Shown here in pieces: positions 24,161 to 36,513 of a DNA stretch of 64,000 nucleotides. Made by a program: the position numbers and the translations under genes. The DNA lies in assembly GCF_000315625.1 (NCBI RefSeq), contig NW_005434661.1, positions 663,548-727,547 of the forward strand, in the 5' to 3' direction. The notes beneath the pieces were generated by a model. That model saw only the letters and a list, made by a program, of their open reading frames with translations. It was not told the origin of the DNA and made no database searches. Each line of letters opens with the position of its first letter. The stretch's first letter is position 1. Source of the DNA: Guillardia theta CCMP2712. Lineage: Eukaryota; Protista; Cryptophyta.

Positions 24161-25099
24161 TCAGATGTCAAACTTGGCGAGCGCAAAGAGGACGGCAAAG
24201 GAAATGCTTATGAGCTGCAGGAGGCCAGCGGGGAAGAACTTGTTCGACTTGGCTTGACGTATGCCAAAGACAAGGCTCAAGGTAAGAGCAACGGCCAGGG
24301 AGAGGTACAACTGATCCCTCTGACGAGCAAGCAAGCAGACAAGCATTCCCACGAGGCGATTCATAGCATGCACAGGTTGGTTCAGCGTGATCGATGAGGA
24401 AACAGCGGAACAAACACATCGTGTGAGCAAGTGGCGGAAGAAGAGGAGGAGAGGGGGGTTACCATGTAAGCGAAGATGAGGAGGATGGACGAAATTACTC
24501 CTGATATGATCGAAGGCTTGCTGCCGCTTCTTATGCCTGATCACCCCGGTCAGCCTCCTTGTCCCACATGATGGGTCATTACCTGCCACCAGCCCTCCCG
24601 CGCCGACAATAATGCCGTAGACCAAGCTCCCCATCTTAGCATACTCAGGAAGAGAGAGCGACATGCTGGGCCCTCGGGCTGCTCCTCCTCTCAAGCGGAT
24701 GGAACCCGGACAACCTGGAGCAAGAGCAGGAGGCTTGCTGTAAGGATCGTCAGTGAAAACTGCTGAGGGAGCCCCTGAGCCACTTGCATGGCGACGAAAA
24801 GTGAAATGAAGGAAGCGAAATGAGAGGAAGGTGAAGATGTATGGTAAATGGCGTATGATGTGATGTGTATGATGTGTGAGTTGTGATTTATGGTTTGTGG
24901 AATGGAGTGAGGTCAGACACGGGAGCGAGGGAACTTACTTCAACAGCAGCATATCCTCGTGTCTCCTCGTGAGCGGAGTAGAGTGCATTGCCCCTCTCAT
25001 GCCTCCTCCCAGCCTCATCTCCACCATTGGCGCCTTCGCCATTCTCATCCCTTCGCTTCCCGCCACCATCAGCAGCGCCACCACCATGAACCGTAGCAT
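24161..25099 (-). CDS. TMEM14/FAX (fatty-acid-export-like) membrane protein with signal peptide and IRLRGG motif
   Basis: YGIIVGAGGLVAG, SGSKPSIISG and KFFPAG are TMEM14 hallmarks; N-terminal MLRFMVVALLMVAGSEG signal; multi-exon. Confidence 0.75.
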
Positions 25100-25262
25100 T
25101 TCTTGCTGACCGCCGGACCTCTGTGGTGTCATGACCCATCCCTTTTGTTAGTAGTACCCCATCTTTGAAGCCAATTCACCCCTACTGAAACCATGTACTC
25201 TTTGGTACCCCACCCCCATTTTTTCAAAGTTCGCGTCTCAAAGATCCGCCGGACAGGCAACG

Positions 25263-27213
25263 ATGGCGAAGGCTTTCATGAGTGTGCGGCTTCTGCGCAC
25301 CATGTCGCGCCTCCCGCGTCCTGCCCTGTCTGCAGCAGCCTCCTCGTCTCTCCTCTCCTCTGCCTCTCGCCTCCCTGCTGTCCTGTCCCCTTGCTCTCCT
25401 CTCTCTTCTCGTCACTCGGTCGGGGCGAGAGCCTACGTGCAAGGCAGCTCTTCCTTGCTTTTCCTGCGACGAGGATCCCACGTCATCGCTCCCTCAGCAT
25501 TGCGCAAGCTCGTGTCCTCTTCCTCTTCCTCCTCCAGGAATGGCTCAGGCTGGCATGACGAGAGTGAATGGATCAAGGACAAGCTTCGCGCGTTGCTCCC
25601 TTTGCTTCCTCTGGCAGCTGTTGGTACTTACGCTTCGAGCTTGCATTCTTCATCAAGAGAGAGCTTGTGTGACGCATCCGATTCTCAGCAGCATGCAGTT
25701 GTACAAAAGAGCTCTGAGCTCAAGGAGCGGCTCGATCTCATCGTCGAGGAGGTGCAGCGCCTCGTGGTGTGGTTGTGGAATTTCGCCATGGGCATGACGC
25801 AAGAGGCTTCGGCTTTCCTGAGGATGAAGATGGACGAGCTGAGGCAGAACTTCTTTCCCCAGGTTGAGAGGACTCTCTCTCAGCTCGATGACTTGAGGAA
25901 GTCGGTCATGGCATCAGACGCAGTGGCAACGGCCCAGCACTACTTCGACGCTGGGAGGAAGGCTTTCGCCGACAACATCGGATGCTTCGGGCGGACTGAC
26001 ATGCACAAGTCGATGGCAGCGATCCTCACGAGATATGTTGACGAGCTTGTGGATGGATCGATGAAGGTCGCCGATCAGATCAACGGTCTGGTTCAGAAAG
26101 GCATCAACAATGGATTGAATCTTTCCTTTGTCCCCGTCTTATTCCATTCCCCCAAGGAGGAGGAGCCGAAGAAGGCAGAAGCGCCGCCTCCGAAGCCAGC
26201 AAGCAGCATACCTCCAGGTCTTCTGCCTCCTTGACGCTGCTGGTTGCAAGTGACTGACCCGCATGATCACTGATAGAGATCGCAACCAAGATGGCTCAAG
26301 ATCAGTCGTACCTCTCCAAGTGAGTTGAATCGGAGCGAAATTTCTCCGTCTGTTGTTGGGTGTATTGATGACGAAATGTGCGCCGAGCAGGTACGGTCAC
26401 TGGATCATCATGGCCAGCATCGTAGGAGGAGTCATCGGCTTCTTGGTGAGCAGGAGATTCTTGGAACGCGAGTCAAGCCGCATAGCAGCCAAGGTGAGGA
26501 GACGGGGGAGGAGGATGAGTCGAAGCTGAAGCCGTGGGCGGTAGAATGCTAAGGTAGTCGCTGCTTCCACCATTCCGAGTCATCCGAGGAGGGCGAGCTT
26601 CGGCGGGCCCTTGCAGGTTCGCAGCCGAATCTCTGCTTGGGCACCGGCCTTATTGACATTCCATCAGAGTTCTGAGGAGGCGGCGGACGCGATCCGAGAA
26701 GCACTCTACATCCTCAAGGCGAACTCGGAGGTGAAAGCGTCCCTAGGAGAGTCTCTCAAGGAAGGGCGCATGGTGAGGGCGAGGAGGCTCGTCGGCACTG
26801 AGAACTGAAGGGCGTCCCGCAGAACGTGGTGTCAGGCGGAAAGGTCAGCCTGAACGGGCAGGTGAAGAGCCAACGGTGATCAAGCTCGGGCCTAACGTGG
26901 CATGCAGATCGCTGTCAAGGGAGAGAAGGGGCATGGAACTCTGACTCTTGAGGTGCGAGGAGGGAGGTGTGCGGTTGTTTGGCAGGGTGATGGTGATGCC
27001 TGCAGGCCGCTAAGACTGAGTTCGGATCAAGTATTCACGTGAGAGCTGAGATGCTATCTTGCCATTGGCTGACCTCTGTCGTGCAGTGCACAAAGCTGAC
27101 ATTGAAGCTTGCGAATGGAACTGAAGTGAGAGGAGTCTGAGAAGCTGGGCCGAGTAAGGATTGACGCTTCCTGGCAGATTCCCATCCCATTGGCCAATGA
27201 GGAGAGCAGTTGA
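25263..27213 (+). CDS. Mitochondrial-type membrane protein with C-terminal Coa1/Tim21-like domain
   Basis: R/S/L-rich N-terminal presequence; TM segment WIIMASIVGGVIGFLV; spliced C-terminus ALYILKANSEVKASLG..IAVKGEKGHGTLTLEAAK..KLTLKLANGTEIPI. Confidence 0.6.
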
Positions 27214-28433
27214 AATGTTGAACATGCCGTCACTACGTTCCTTCTCTTGGGTGAAAGTGAGAGTGTAGAGTTCAACAATCAGCTTCTCCTGTAAAAGATA
27301 GCGCTGGAACACACATTTGCTTGCTATTCTTTCAGATGCTGTTCTGCGAACTGCTCTGCCACCGCTTGCATGAGCGCGATATCACTATCGGAACCTTGCA
27401 GCGCCTTTGTGCGTGGTCAGTGCGGACCTCGTTCAGCACAAGAGACCTTTCTTCGCCCGCGAGCAAACTTTGGGATTAGGACCTCAGGCTCTGAACCGCC
27501 TTGATCGACATCCGTGTTCTTCTTGACTGACGCTTGTGGCGCTTTACTTTCCAAGTGAGACTCGGCATGAGAAATATTACCTCCTATTTTCGATCACCTG
27601 CTAGGAAGCTTACAAGTAATGTCCTCAAACCTCCCCCGAGACCTTGAAATATCCGATGACGAAACGATGTTGTGAATGGTACAGGACACTGTTGAAGTGT
27701 TCTTACGGACGATGCGCTTGAAACAAAGTTGTCCCCTGTGAAGGAATGCAACAAACTTCAACAAACACAGGTCAGTCGGATCAAAGTTTGAATGGCGAAC
27801 CCCCCTACATACACATTCGCCCCGCTCCTTTCCTCTCTTGCTCCTGTTCCAGCCACCGCCTCTGCAACTCTTACATCTTTGCTTTTATCCTTCTCCCTGT
27901 CTCCTGCTTTTTTCGATCACCTCGCCTCACCTCTACCGAGCTCTCCGCTATTACTCTTTCCTATTGATTGATCACCTATCACCCTCCTTCTCTCCTTCTG
28001 AATGTGCATACTGGGTATAGGGAGGGAGGGAGGGAGGGAGGGGGAGGGAGAAGAGGTTGAAATGGAGAGAACCTAAGACTAGGGGTGGTTTAGATAGATT
28101 CTGAGTATGCAAGAGGGGGTAGGGTGCTGTAGAAACGGGACTGATAAACCCGGACTGATCCCGACTCACAGCGGCCCACACGTTGCCGCGCAGTGCCCGG
28201 CGTGGGTGCCCGAGCAAATCATCGTCGGAAGCCGCTTAGACACCAGCAAGAGGTACAGTGTACGTGATGGACTGAAAGGTTTAATACAGGACCATCTGCT
28301 CTGCTTCTCAACTTACCCACCCGGAGTCCAGGTGAACAAAAGACGCGGCTTTCCTTCTGCACCGTCTCGTTTCACAGGCTTTCCATTATTCCGCCGCCGC
28401 TCCGGCGCACTCCAAAAATCTTGGCCACTGCGT

Positions 28434-29465
28434 TCACTTCTTGCGCTTGTCTGGAACCACACCGAGCTCGATCATCGACTCAGCCATGTCGAGAATGGTG
28501 CTGCGAATGTCAGTGTACTCCAAATGAAGCATCTCTTTCGATCGTGCGCTCGTCAGCTTGCTTTCCTTGCCGACTTGTTTGAGGATAGATCGCACGCCTT
28601 TGTCGACGAATGACACAAGATAGAGCAAGAAGTACGGAAGATGTCCAGTCGGAACGCGATATCCCTGCGTGTTGTACTTTTCTGCAAGAATCTTGGCGAC
28701 GTCAACCATCCACAAGTTCTGGTTGAAGACAATGAACCTCTTTCCGGATGTAGAGGGATCCTTCATCGCCTTGATATGTGCCTTACACACATCACGAACA
28801 TCCACGATCGGGAAAGACAGCTTTGGACATGCTGGCAGCTGTCGCATCATCAGCCGAGAAATGATCTCAGCAGACGTGCAGGGAGCTTTGCTCTTCATCG
28901 GTCCGAGGACGAGCACTGGGTTGATCGTCGTGAGCTCCAATCCTCTGCCGGCTGGCTGCTTGTCGATACATTCCCATGCAGCCTTCTCTGCCAAGGTTTT
29001 GCTCTTCGGATAGGCATCGCACTTGTCGACGTTGGACCAATCGTCTTCGTTAAAGACCTTGTCCGCAGGGGCGTCTGGGTGGCCCGAGCCAACCGCGACG
29101 AAGCTCGAGGTCAAGATAACTTTCTTGACTGACTCGCACTCGAGTGCAATCTTCAGCACTCGGGTCGTTCCCTCTACCGCCGGCTTGATCAGATCGTCCT
29201 CGTGCTTCGGAGGTCCGAGAGGGAAGGGAGAAGCTACATGGTGCACAAACTCGCAACCGTCGATGGCTTCCTTCCACCCACTGTCAGACAGGAGGTCGGC
29301 TTCGAACAGCTGGATGTCTGGACAGACTTTGCGCAGTGGGGCAATCTTTTGCTCGTCCTTGGTGCTGCGAACAGTGCCCCTCACCTTGTAGCCTTCCGCT
29401 GCCAGCATTGCGACCAGGTTGCAGCCGACGTAGCCTCCCGCTCCAGAAACCAGAACCGTGCTCAT
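28434..29465 (-). CDS. Extended SDR / NAD(P)-dependent epimerase-dehydratase (aldehyde reductase II / DFR-CCR-like), intronless
   Basis: SGAGGYVG Rossmann motif, HVASPF, TSS, catalytic YPKSK, INPVLVLGP, VDVRDV. Confidence 0.95.
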   Translation of the reverse strand: MSTVLVSGAGGYVGCNLVAMLAAEGYKVRGTVRSTKDEQKIAPLRKVCPDIQLFEADLLSDSGWKEAIDGCEFVHHVASPFPLGPPKHEDDLIKPAVEGTTRVLKIALECESVKKVILTSSFVAVGSGHPDAPADKVFNEDDWSNVDKCDAYPKSKTLAEKAAWECIDKQPAGRGLELTTINPVLVLGPMKSKAPCTSAEIISRLMMRQLPACPKLSFPIVDVRDVCKAHIKAMKDPSTSGKRFIVFNQNLWMVDVAKILAEKYNTQGYRVPTGHLPYFLLYLVSFVDKGVRSILKQVGKESKLTSARSKEMLHLEYTDIRSTILDMAESMIELGVVPDKRKK

Positions 29466-29967
29466 GTTGAAGAATCTCTGCCTTGCTCTCTAATGCCTAC
29501 CTTGTCCTCTCTGTCTCTGCTTGTTCTCTCTGTCTCTGCTTGTCCTCTCTGTCTCTGCTTGTCCTCTCTCTCAGGTTTGCGCTCTCTCGCTCTGGTCGGC
29601 AGCAAGCGATTGCTCCGAACCGGCGGCGCACCCCTTGAATGTTGTGCGGAATGGAGGCTGAGGCAGGCTTGTTTCAGAATTATCCCCTTGGAATTGAAAC
29701 TTTATTTATATCATTGAAAAGTGACGAAAACATCTTGAGTTTTTGTGAAATTATTTTGTACTGACACCGAACCCTTGTACGAATGTGAATAAAATTAAAA
29801 TATAAACCATCTGGTAGTATTCATGTAAAACCTTATAAGTTTAAACATTTGTTACAAAACTTTTATAACTTATATATAGTGTGTACTGCATGTTCCGCAA
29901 AAGTAGTACTGGGAGTCCCTTTAACCGTTACATGTCGGTTATATCGAGTAGAAAGGCGGGAACTACC

Positions 29968-32900
29968 ATGCCGCGCTTGTACGTCATGGTGAACCTGCTA
30001 CGCAAACACCTCCACGTGAGCGAGCAGACGCCGGTGGTAGAGCTGATCAAGGAGGGATACACCATCTGCAACTGGAGCTACTCCCCCGATGAAGGGATAG
30101 GCGACCCCGTCACCAAGTTGTACAAAGCGATCGTCCCCTCCAGCGAACGTAGGAAGTACGAAGAATCTGGGGAAGCGTCGGGGGACCCTCAACCACCCGA
30201 TGCTGGGCATGGTCCAGCCACGGCTTCACCGTCGTCGTCGGCAGCGGCAGCGGCAGCGGCAGCGGCGAAGGCATCACCAGCAGCGCAAGCTGCATCATCG
30301 TTGTCCTCGCCATTACCAGCACCTTCATCACTAGCGTCATCTGTGGCACATCCTCCACATCAATCGCCACTCTCAGCTCAACATGTCCCCAGGGAAAGCC
30401 CTGGATCCATCGATGAGGACACAAGCACATCTGCAAGCAAGCGTGCTCGATCCGATCCGAACAGGATCGATTTGACTCGGGTCAGCACTGCTAAGGAAGC
30501 AGAAGAAGTAGCCAACAGTTCCTCGCATACGTTAGACCATTCCTCCTTCTTTGTGGATCGCAGGTGGAAAACAAGACCCGAATGCACCGACTACATAAAG
30601 AAGATCAACATCCTGCATGGCGCCCGGCAGGTTTCGTGCAACTCTGAGAACAAAATGCACGGCAAACGTGGGTACTTCATGAAATGCACTTCTCCCGGCT
30701 GCAGGTGACGAAGGACTATTTCATACTTGTGACTGACATTGTATGGACAGATATGAGCTCCGGGTCAAGAAGAAACAGTCCTCAGACCCTTCGAAATCAT
30801 ACTTCTGGATCTGTGAAGAAGACAGCGTAATGTCGCACGAGCCCATTCTTTGCGCCTCCAAAGCAAAGGCCACGGTCAGCTTCCTTTTGAAGAATGGATC
30901 GTTCCGCTCCTGGATACAGGCTGCTGCTGCAGATGGTGCTAATGGTGCTCGGGTAACAGCCAAGGAGCTGCAAGATAAGCTGCAGCTGGAGCTGGGCGTT
31001 CAGGCGACAATTCCTGTGATCTATGGCGCAAGGAAATGTCTGGAGTCGGGGACATGGATGGAGTACGAGAGTTCTTTCAATCTTCTGCCCGCATGGCTCT
31101 CGGCCTATTGCAAGTGCAATCGCGGCAGTTTCTATATCTGTAATCCTCCACTTGGCGAGGGCGGCGCAGAGGGGCCACCGATGCTCGAGCAGTGCATGTT
31201 GGCGAATGGAACTGTGCTGCAAATCGTCAAGCAATGCGGATTGAGAGTGTTGAGGCAGGTGATTTTTGTCATGGTTGTTTTGCTTCCACCTTTGATCTTG
31301 CATACAGCGTTTCTCTCGCTTCAAGCACAGATGGTTCTCGGGCAAAGCTTTGGTGGTTGACGGATACCTGCCCGACGGATCGATCCTTCCGATTGCTGCT
31401 GCTATCTTTCCTGGTTGGCATGCACGTGAGGAAACAGTAGACGCTGAGACTGCAGCGAATGCAAGCTTTGTGTGGGAGGAGCTAAAGAAGTCTGATATGG
31501 GAGAGTGGCTTTTGCCAAGTGCTGGCTCTTTGACAGTCATGACGGACCTTGATTCTGCGAGCCTTCCTGCAATCAAGCAGAGTCTGCCTCATGCAAACGT
31601 CATATACTGTTGCAGGCTGCTGCTTTCGAATGTGAACGCATTCTGTAGAAGTATGCCATTCGTTGATTGAAATTGAATTGTTGGTGACTGTGACATTTGC
31701 AGAAAAGGCGCGAGCGCAACTGCAAACCATCTCCAATGACGAGAAACAGTCCGCAGAAATCTTATTTTGGAAAGCTCAGGTAAGGTTGGAGAATCGCTTT
31801 GGTTCAAGTTTCCTCATGTATTGCGTGTGCAGGCAGCGGACAACCTGCAAGATTTTTTTTCCAAGATGGACGCGATTGGAGAAGCGAATAGAACTGCAAA
31901 GGATTACCTTGACAAAGTAGATCCTATTTATTGGGTAACCAAGCGCAAAATGATGGAATGGCGAGATACTTACATCGCGATGGCAGGCAAATTTCGCGCA
32001 GGCTAAAAGTCACATTCCCCGGGAGGAGGACGAACAGTGCTCCATCAGAGCTGTCAGGACGTACGGGATCAACTTCCAACACCCTGAACAAAGTGAACCC
32101 CCTCGGCCGAACGAAGTCTTGCCCAAGGACGTCTCCCCTATGAGGTTCTTCCAAGAGCTGGCAGAGCAATGGTTGGAAGCTATGAACAAGCTGCACGCTT
32201 CGTACCTGCAACTGACACAGAAGCTCCCGGACGGCAGCGACCATGTTTTCATTTCAGAGAGCTTGACGCACGAGTACACCAGGCACTACAACCAACATCT
32301 GCGCATGAATGTGCCACAAAGAGCATCCAGTGAGCAGATGGTCTTAGTTCGTGCCATGGGGGAAAATGGGATGTTGGAGTCTTTCTCTGTGAATTTCAGA
32401 GAAAAGTATTGCTCTTGCTCCTTCTGGCAGCTTACCTCTCGGCCGTGCGCGCATGCTATGGCTGCTTCGCGAAAACTTGGGATAGCAGCAGGAGACAATC
32501 GCCTGATGATCACGAGCTTGTATGACAAGGTGTGGCTAGCAAGCAACTTCACAGAAGCCCCGGCGCTGAAAGACTTGTTCTTCGGATATATCCCGGACAC
32601 CAAAGACGTGCTTCCCCTGGCTCAGGGGTACCGTCCCCCACCAGTGGATCATTTTGTACTCGGGGAGTCACATGGAAAGTCGTCGGAACAAGAACGGCGA
32701 CCTCGACCGCCTGCTAAGCAGGCAAGGGAGCAGCTGATGGACGGAGATGAAGTGGACCCGTCGGCGCAGGATTCGTCCCAGGGATCAAAGAAGAAGATTT
32801 GTCGTTCATGCGGACAAGCTGGGCATAACGCGCGAACTTGCGATGGTACGGGGAAGCTAAGGGAGGGAACTAGGAGGAGGAAGCAATCCGTCAAGAAGAA

Positions 32901-33006
32901 TGTCAGCGAGCCTGAGCAGTCGAGGTCTCAAGATGCTGACGGTGAAGATGTGCAAAGAAGCTCTCCGGCCGCTCATGAAGCCGGGCCTGTGACGCAGGAG
33001 CCTTAG
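29968..33006 (+). CDS. Mutator (MULE) transposase-derived protein: MuDR-like domain, MULE core, SWIM zinc finger, CCHC knuckle
   Basis: YFMKCTSPGCRYELRV..H..C; SILPIA, AET, VMTD, AIKQSLPHANVIYCC; DPIYWAKSH..TYG; SWIM YCSCSFWQLTSRPCAH; CRSCGQAGHNARTC; short introns (e.g. 31935-32001) keep the frame. Confidence 0.85.
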
Positions 33007-34244
33007 CGGGAGTCGTGTTGCTAGTGAAGGCGATCATCAGTGCTGCTTCCGATTCAAATAATGTAGACTCGAACGGCCCTGGGCCGTCGGTCTGCTCCGG
33101 CGGGACGAACTGCAACTTAACGTTCGAGCTCAGTGCCACGGACCGTACCCTGCCGTGACTCCAAGTCACAGTTTCTCAGCCGCTTGTAACTTAGTAACAA
33201 AGTTTAATCCGACTGACTTGACTGGTAAATGGTGAGCTCACTCAGCCGAGCGCGACGACCATGGGCCGAGCCTTCGAAGTTAAGTTAAACATCAGTGCTA
33301 GGACAATCAGGAGAGTCGAGGAGGCTGTCCGAGGATTGTCCTCGTCGTTTGACTCGTGAGTAACGACCGTCACCGGGCCCTGGAATAATAACTCCGATAT
33401 CACTGATCCGAGCCATGCCCGGCCATCGTCGCCCTAAGTCCGCCGCGGGCCGCACGCACCCAAGGCCCTGGTGGCCGCTGTGGCCCGGACTCCGCCGAAG
33501 TTGGGGTGGCCTCCTGGCTCTGCCACGAAAGTGCCGTCACCCCGTGATCAAACGGTTCTTGCGATCAAAAGATCGAATGCGGATTGGGCAGTCAGGATTT
33601 AGAATGATAGAGGAGGATTTGAAGAATACTCTTTGAAATGTGCTGGAGTGTCATTTATAGCGGCAGTTTCCCTTTCAGCGATGAGCCTCCTTAGGTGAAA
33701 GAAGTCGCAGGGGTCATCAGCAACCCTCACAGACCGTCTGACCGGCTATAGCAAGATTTATTGCAGATTATTGCAGATCTATAAACTCGTGCCGTGCACA
33801 CTGCGTGGCAGGCTATTCTCTCAATAAATTTTATCGGAAGCAGTATTTGTCGTATGCACAACGTTGTGCCATTTCACGAAAAAGAGTGGTATCGGTGAAT
33901 TTTGCCTGTCAGACCTGGGCAGGGTCAAAACGAAAAAGATAGTTTTCAATCTTTAACGAAAAAGATAGTTTTCAATCTTTACAACACCAAGGGACACAAA
34001 CAGGAGCAAAGCATCTGTTTAAATACGCTTGCCCACATGCCCTGGTTGCCCCCTTGCACACCACCACGAGCTCTTCATCAACGGATTCCGCTCCTCCTAT
34101 CATCTTACTCCCCTGCCCTTGTCCATCCTGCTTCCCCTGGCTCATTGCATACCTTCTTAAATCCTATCTTTTCTTTCCCGCGTTTCATCTTGTTGTTGCC
34201 TTGTGATTTCCCCTTGAAATCGACTCGGACTTGATTCAATAATC

Positions 34245-34619
34245 ATGGCATCGAGCCTGTCCTCGCAGTGTTCTTCTAGCGCTACTTGTCATGACTGGCA
34301 AGACTTAAGCCCTTCCAATATCCTGTCTTTTACCTCGACCTGCCCCTTCTCGGATTCCGCGTATGTACAAGCAATCAGTCATGCAATTGATTACTGCGGG
34401 AATCGTGCTTTCGTGTTGATTCTTTTCCTTCTGATCCGTCTGATATTCGATTCGATCAAATTTCTACTTGAAGATGACGAACAGGAAGAACTGCCTGCAA
34501 GCACAGAGACACAGACCTGCTCTCCATGTCAATACATGACAGGCGATTTTGATCGACGCAAAATGCTCACTGCCCAATTCGGACAAACATTCAAAGCTAA
34601 ACGGGTCGGAGTTCAATAA
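34245..34619 (+). CDS. Hypothetical small single-TM protein
   Basis: 124-aa ATG-initiated ORF with one hydrophobic helix (AFVLILFLLIRLIF); no family recognised. Confidence 0.3.
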   Translation: MASSLSSQCSSSATCHDWQDLSPSNILSFTSTCPFSDSAYVQAISHAIDYCGNRAFVLILFLLIRLIFDSIKFLLEDDEQEELPASTETQTCSPCQYMTGDFDRRKMLTAQFGQTFKAKRVGVQ

Positions 34620-34950
34620 CTTTGCAAGTTGCAAAGAATAGAATAGTTCGTTTATAACTTGTTTTTAATACAAGCTTTCATACTGAATGATTGCGCTGCC
34701 AACAAGCACCATCACATGGTCAGCCTGCTGGTAAAATGAGATCAGCGAAACAATCAGAATCAAGGTTTTGCAGTACTCTTTCGAATCATAGCATCAGACT
34801 GCACTGTCACTGTCTTCATCAGCTTCCTTGACTCCTTTCCTCAAGCAGCAGATTCACGAGTTGCCGTGCAAAGGACAGCATGGTAGAGACCCGGCATTCT
34901 TTCGGATGAGGCGGGCTTGAAACTGACGGTTGGGTGAGGGCCATGGCAGG

Positions 34951-36051
34951 ATGAGGAACAAGTCGGGGGTGTGGGTGGTGGTAGTGGGGATGCTTCCCCT
35001 GTCATGGGGGATGCTGATCAGCGAAGGACTGCAGCTTGACTCCCCGAAGGTGAGCAGGAGCCACTTGGAGAGGGACAGCTACTACAGGAAGGTGAGGTTC
35101 CGACTGCTGGGTCGCGCCATGTTGACGGGGCGCAAGGCGAAAATGTTGGGCTATCGTGCTCGCTCAGCTTTCAAGCTACTTCAGATCGAGGAGGAATTCG
35201 GCTTGCTGGACAGAGCTGAGTGTGTCGTGGACTTGTGTGCAGGTCCGCAAGATCTGGCGCCCATGAGATCGCAGCCGTGACGGATTTTCGTAGCACCGGG
35301 GAGCTGGAGTCAGGTCGTCCAGTCTAGACTTTTGCCGAGAAACGGAACGAGTGAGCGACGATAGGAGAGGGATCTTTCCTCCACATGGGTTGACTCTCGT
35401 TGCAGTTGTAGCTGTTGATGTGCAACGGATGAAGCCGCTGGAGGGAGTGATCCAAGTCCTTGCCCCATGGCGCTCACCATCATTGGACCTGACATGGCTG
35501 TCGACAGATACACGGCGACATCACTAGTCAAGACACCCTCGACAAAGTTCGAGCGCACGTCAAGGGCAAGACATGCGACGTTGTCGTATGCGATGGGGCG
35601 CCAGACGTGACGGGGCTGCACGAACTTGATAGACACGTGAGCCATCTCTTAACCTTCCTGAGCGTCTGGATCTTATCTCGTTGACATCGATCTGATTTCT
35701 TAACCCTGTAGCTGGGAGAGAGCTTAGCCATGTCAGCCTTCGAGGCAGCCTGTCAACTGCTCAGAAGTGGAGGATCGTTTGTGGTCAAGGTGGGGAGGTT
35801 ACGGGCAAGGCAATCAGCTGATCAGCTTGGTCAATAGATCTTTCGTGAGGGATCGCATGCAGATTTCATTTGCTCTCCCATGTACTCCAAGATGAGGTCA
35901 AGATTCTCACAGGTGCTTTTCTAAGCAACTCTCTGCGTGTTCGTGTGTCCAGCAGCGATTCACCTGTGTTATTCAGGTCTTTCTGAGGAAACCTCACAGC
36001 AGCAGAGCCACCAGTCACGAACATTTTGTAGTATGTCTGGAGTTCAACTAG
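34951..36051 (+). CDS. FtsJ/RrmJ-family (Trm7-like) RNA 2'-O-methyltransferase with N-terminal hydrophobic extension
   Basis: RDSYYRK|[20 protein letters not shown]|[55 protein letters not shown]; K-D-K-E tetrad present. Confidence 0.9.
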
Positions 36052-36513
36052 AGAAAAATGGAGATGGGGCTGTTCATTCTTATGAACGATGGACCAGTGC
36101 AATTGCAGCATCGGTCTTTGTGTTTGAGAATAGTCAGAGCAAACACAACTTCGACAGGGTTTCATCGATGGGCCCCATTCGTTCAATGGAAGGATTCAAT
36201 GCAGAGAGCAAATTCTTCAGACAATAGTGTCACTTGGCAGCGGATTGCAAGAAAGCTTTGCGAGGTTCTCCCTTCTTATGCCTTTGCCCAATATCGGATT
36301 CAAGCTGGGTAGGCTCGTTGAGCCCGTTATGTGCGTCGGGCTTCCTTTAATACGCTGTCAGCGTATACAATGACAATGGGTGGAAAAACAAATGATAGTG
36401 GATCAAATGAATCTAGCGATGAAGTTTTATGTTCAAAGGGATTTCATATAGACAAACAGAAACATAGTACAAAACAACAGAAATTCAGTCGTGGCCAATT
36501 ATGTCCCACCCAA

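Noticed and set aside
27010-27312. Minus-strand 100-aa ORF
   Set aside because: Overlaps the last exons of the Coa1-like gene on the + strand; no recognisable motif
29838-33206. Possible TIRs around the MULE-derived gene (ttaaacatttgttac vs gtaacaaagtttaa)
   Set aside because: Only ~14 bp, gapped and AT-rich, with no TSD; could be chance
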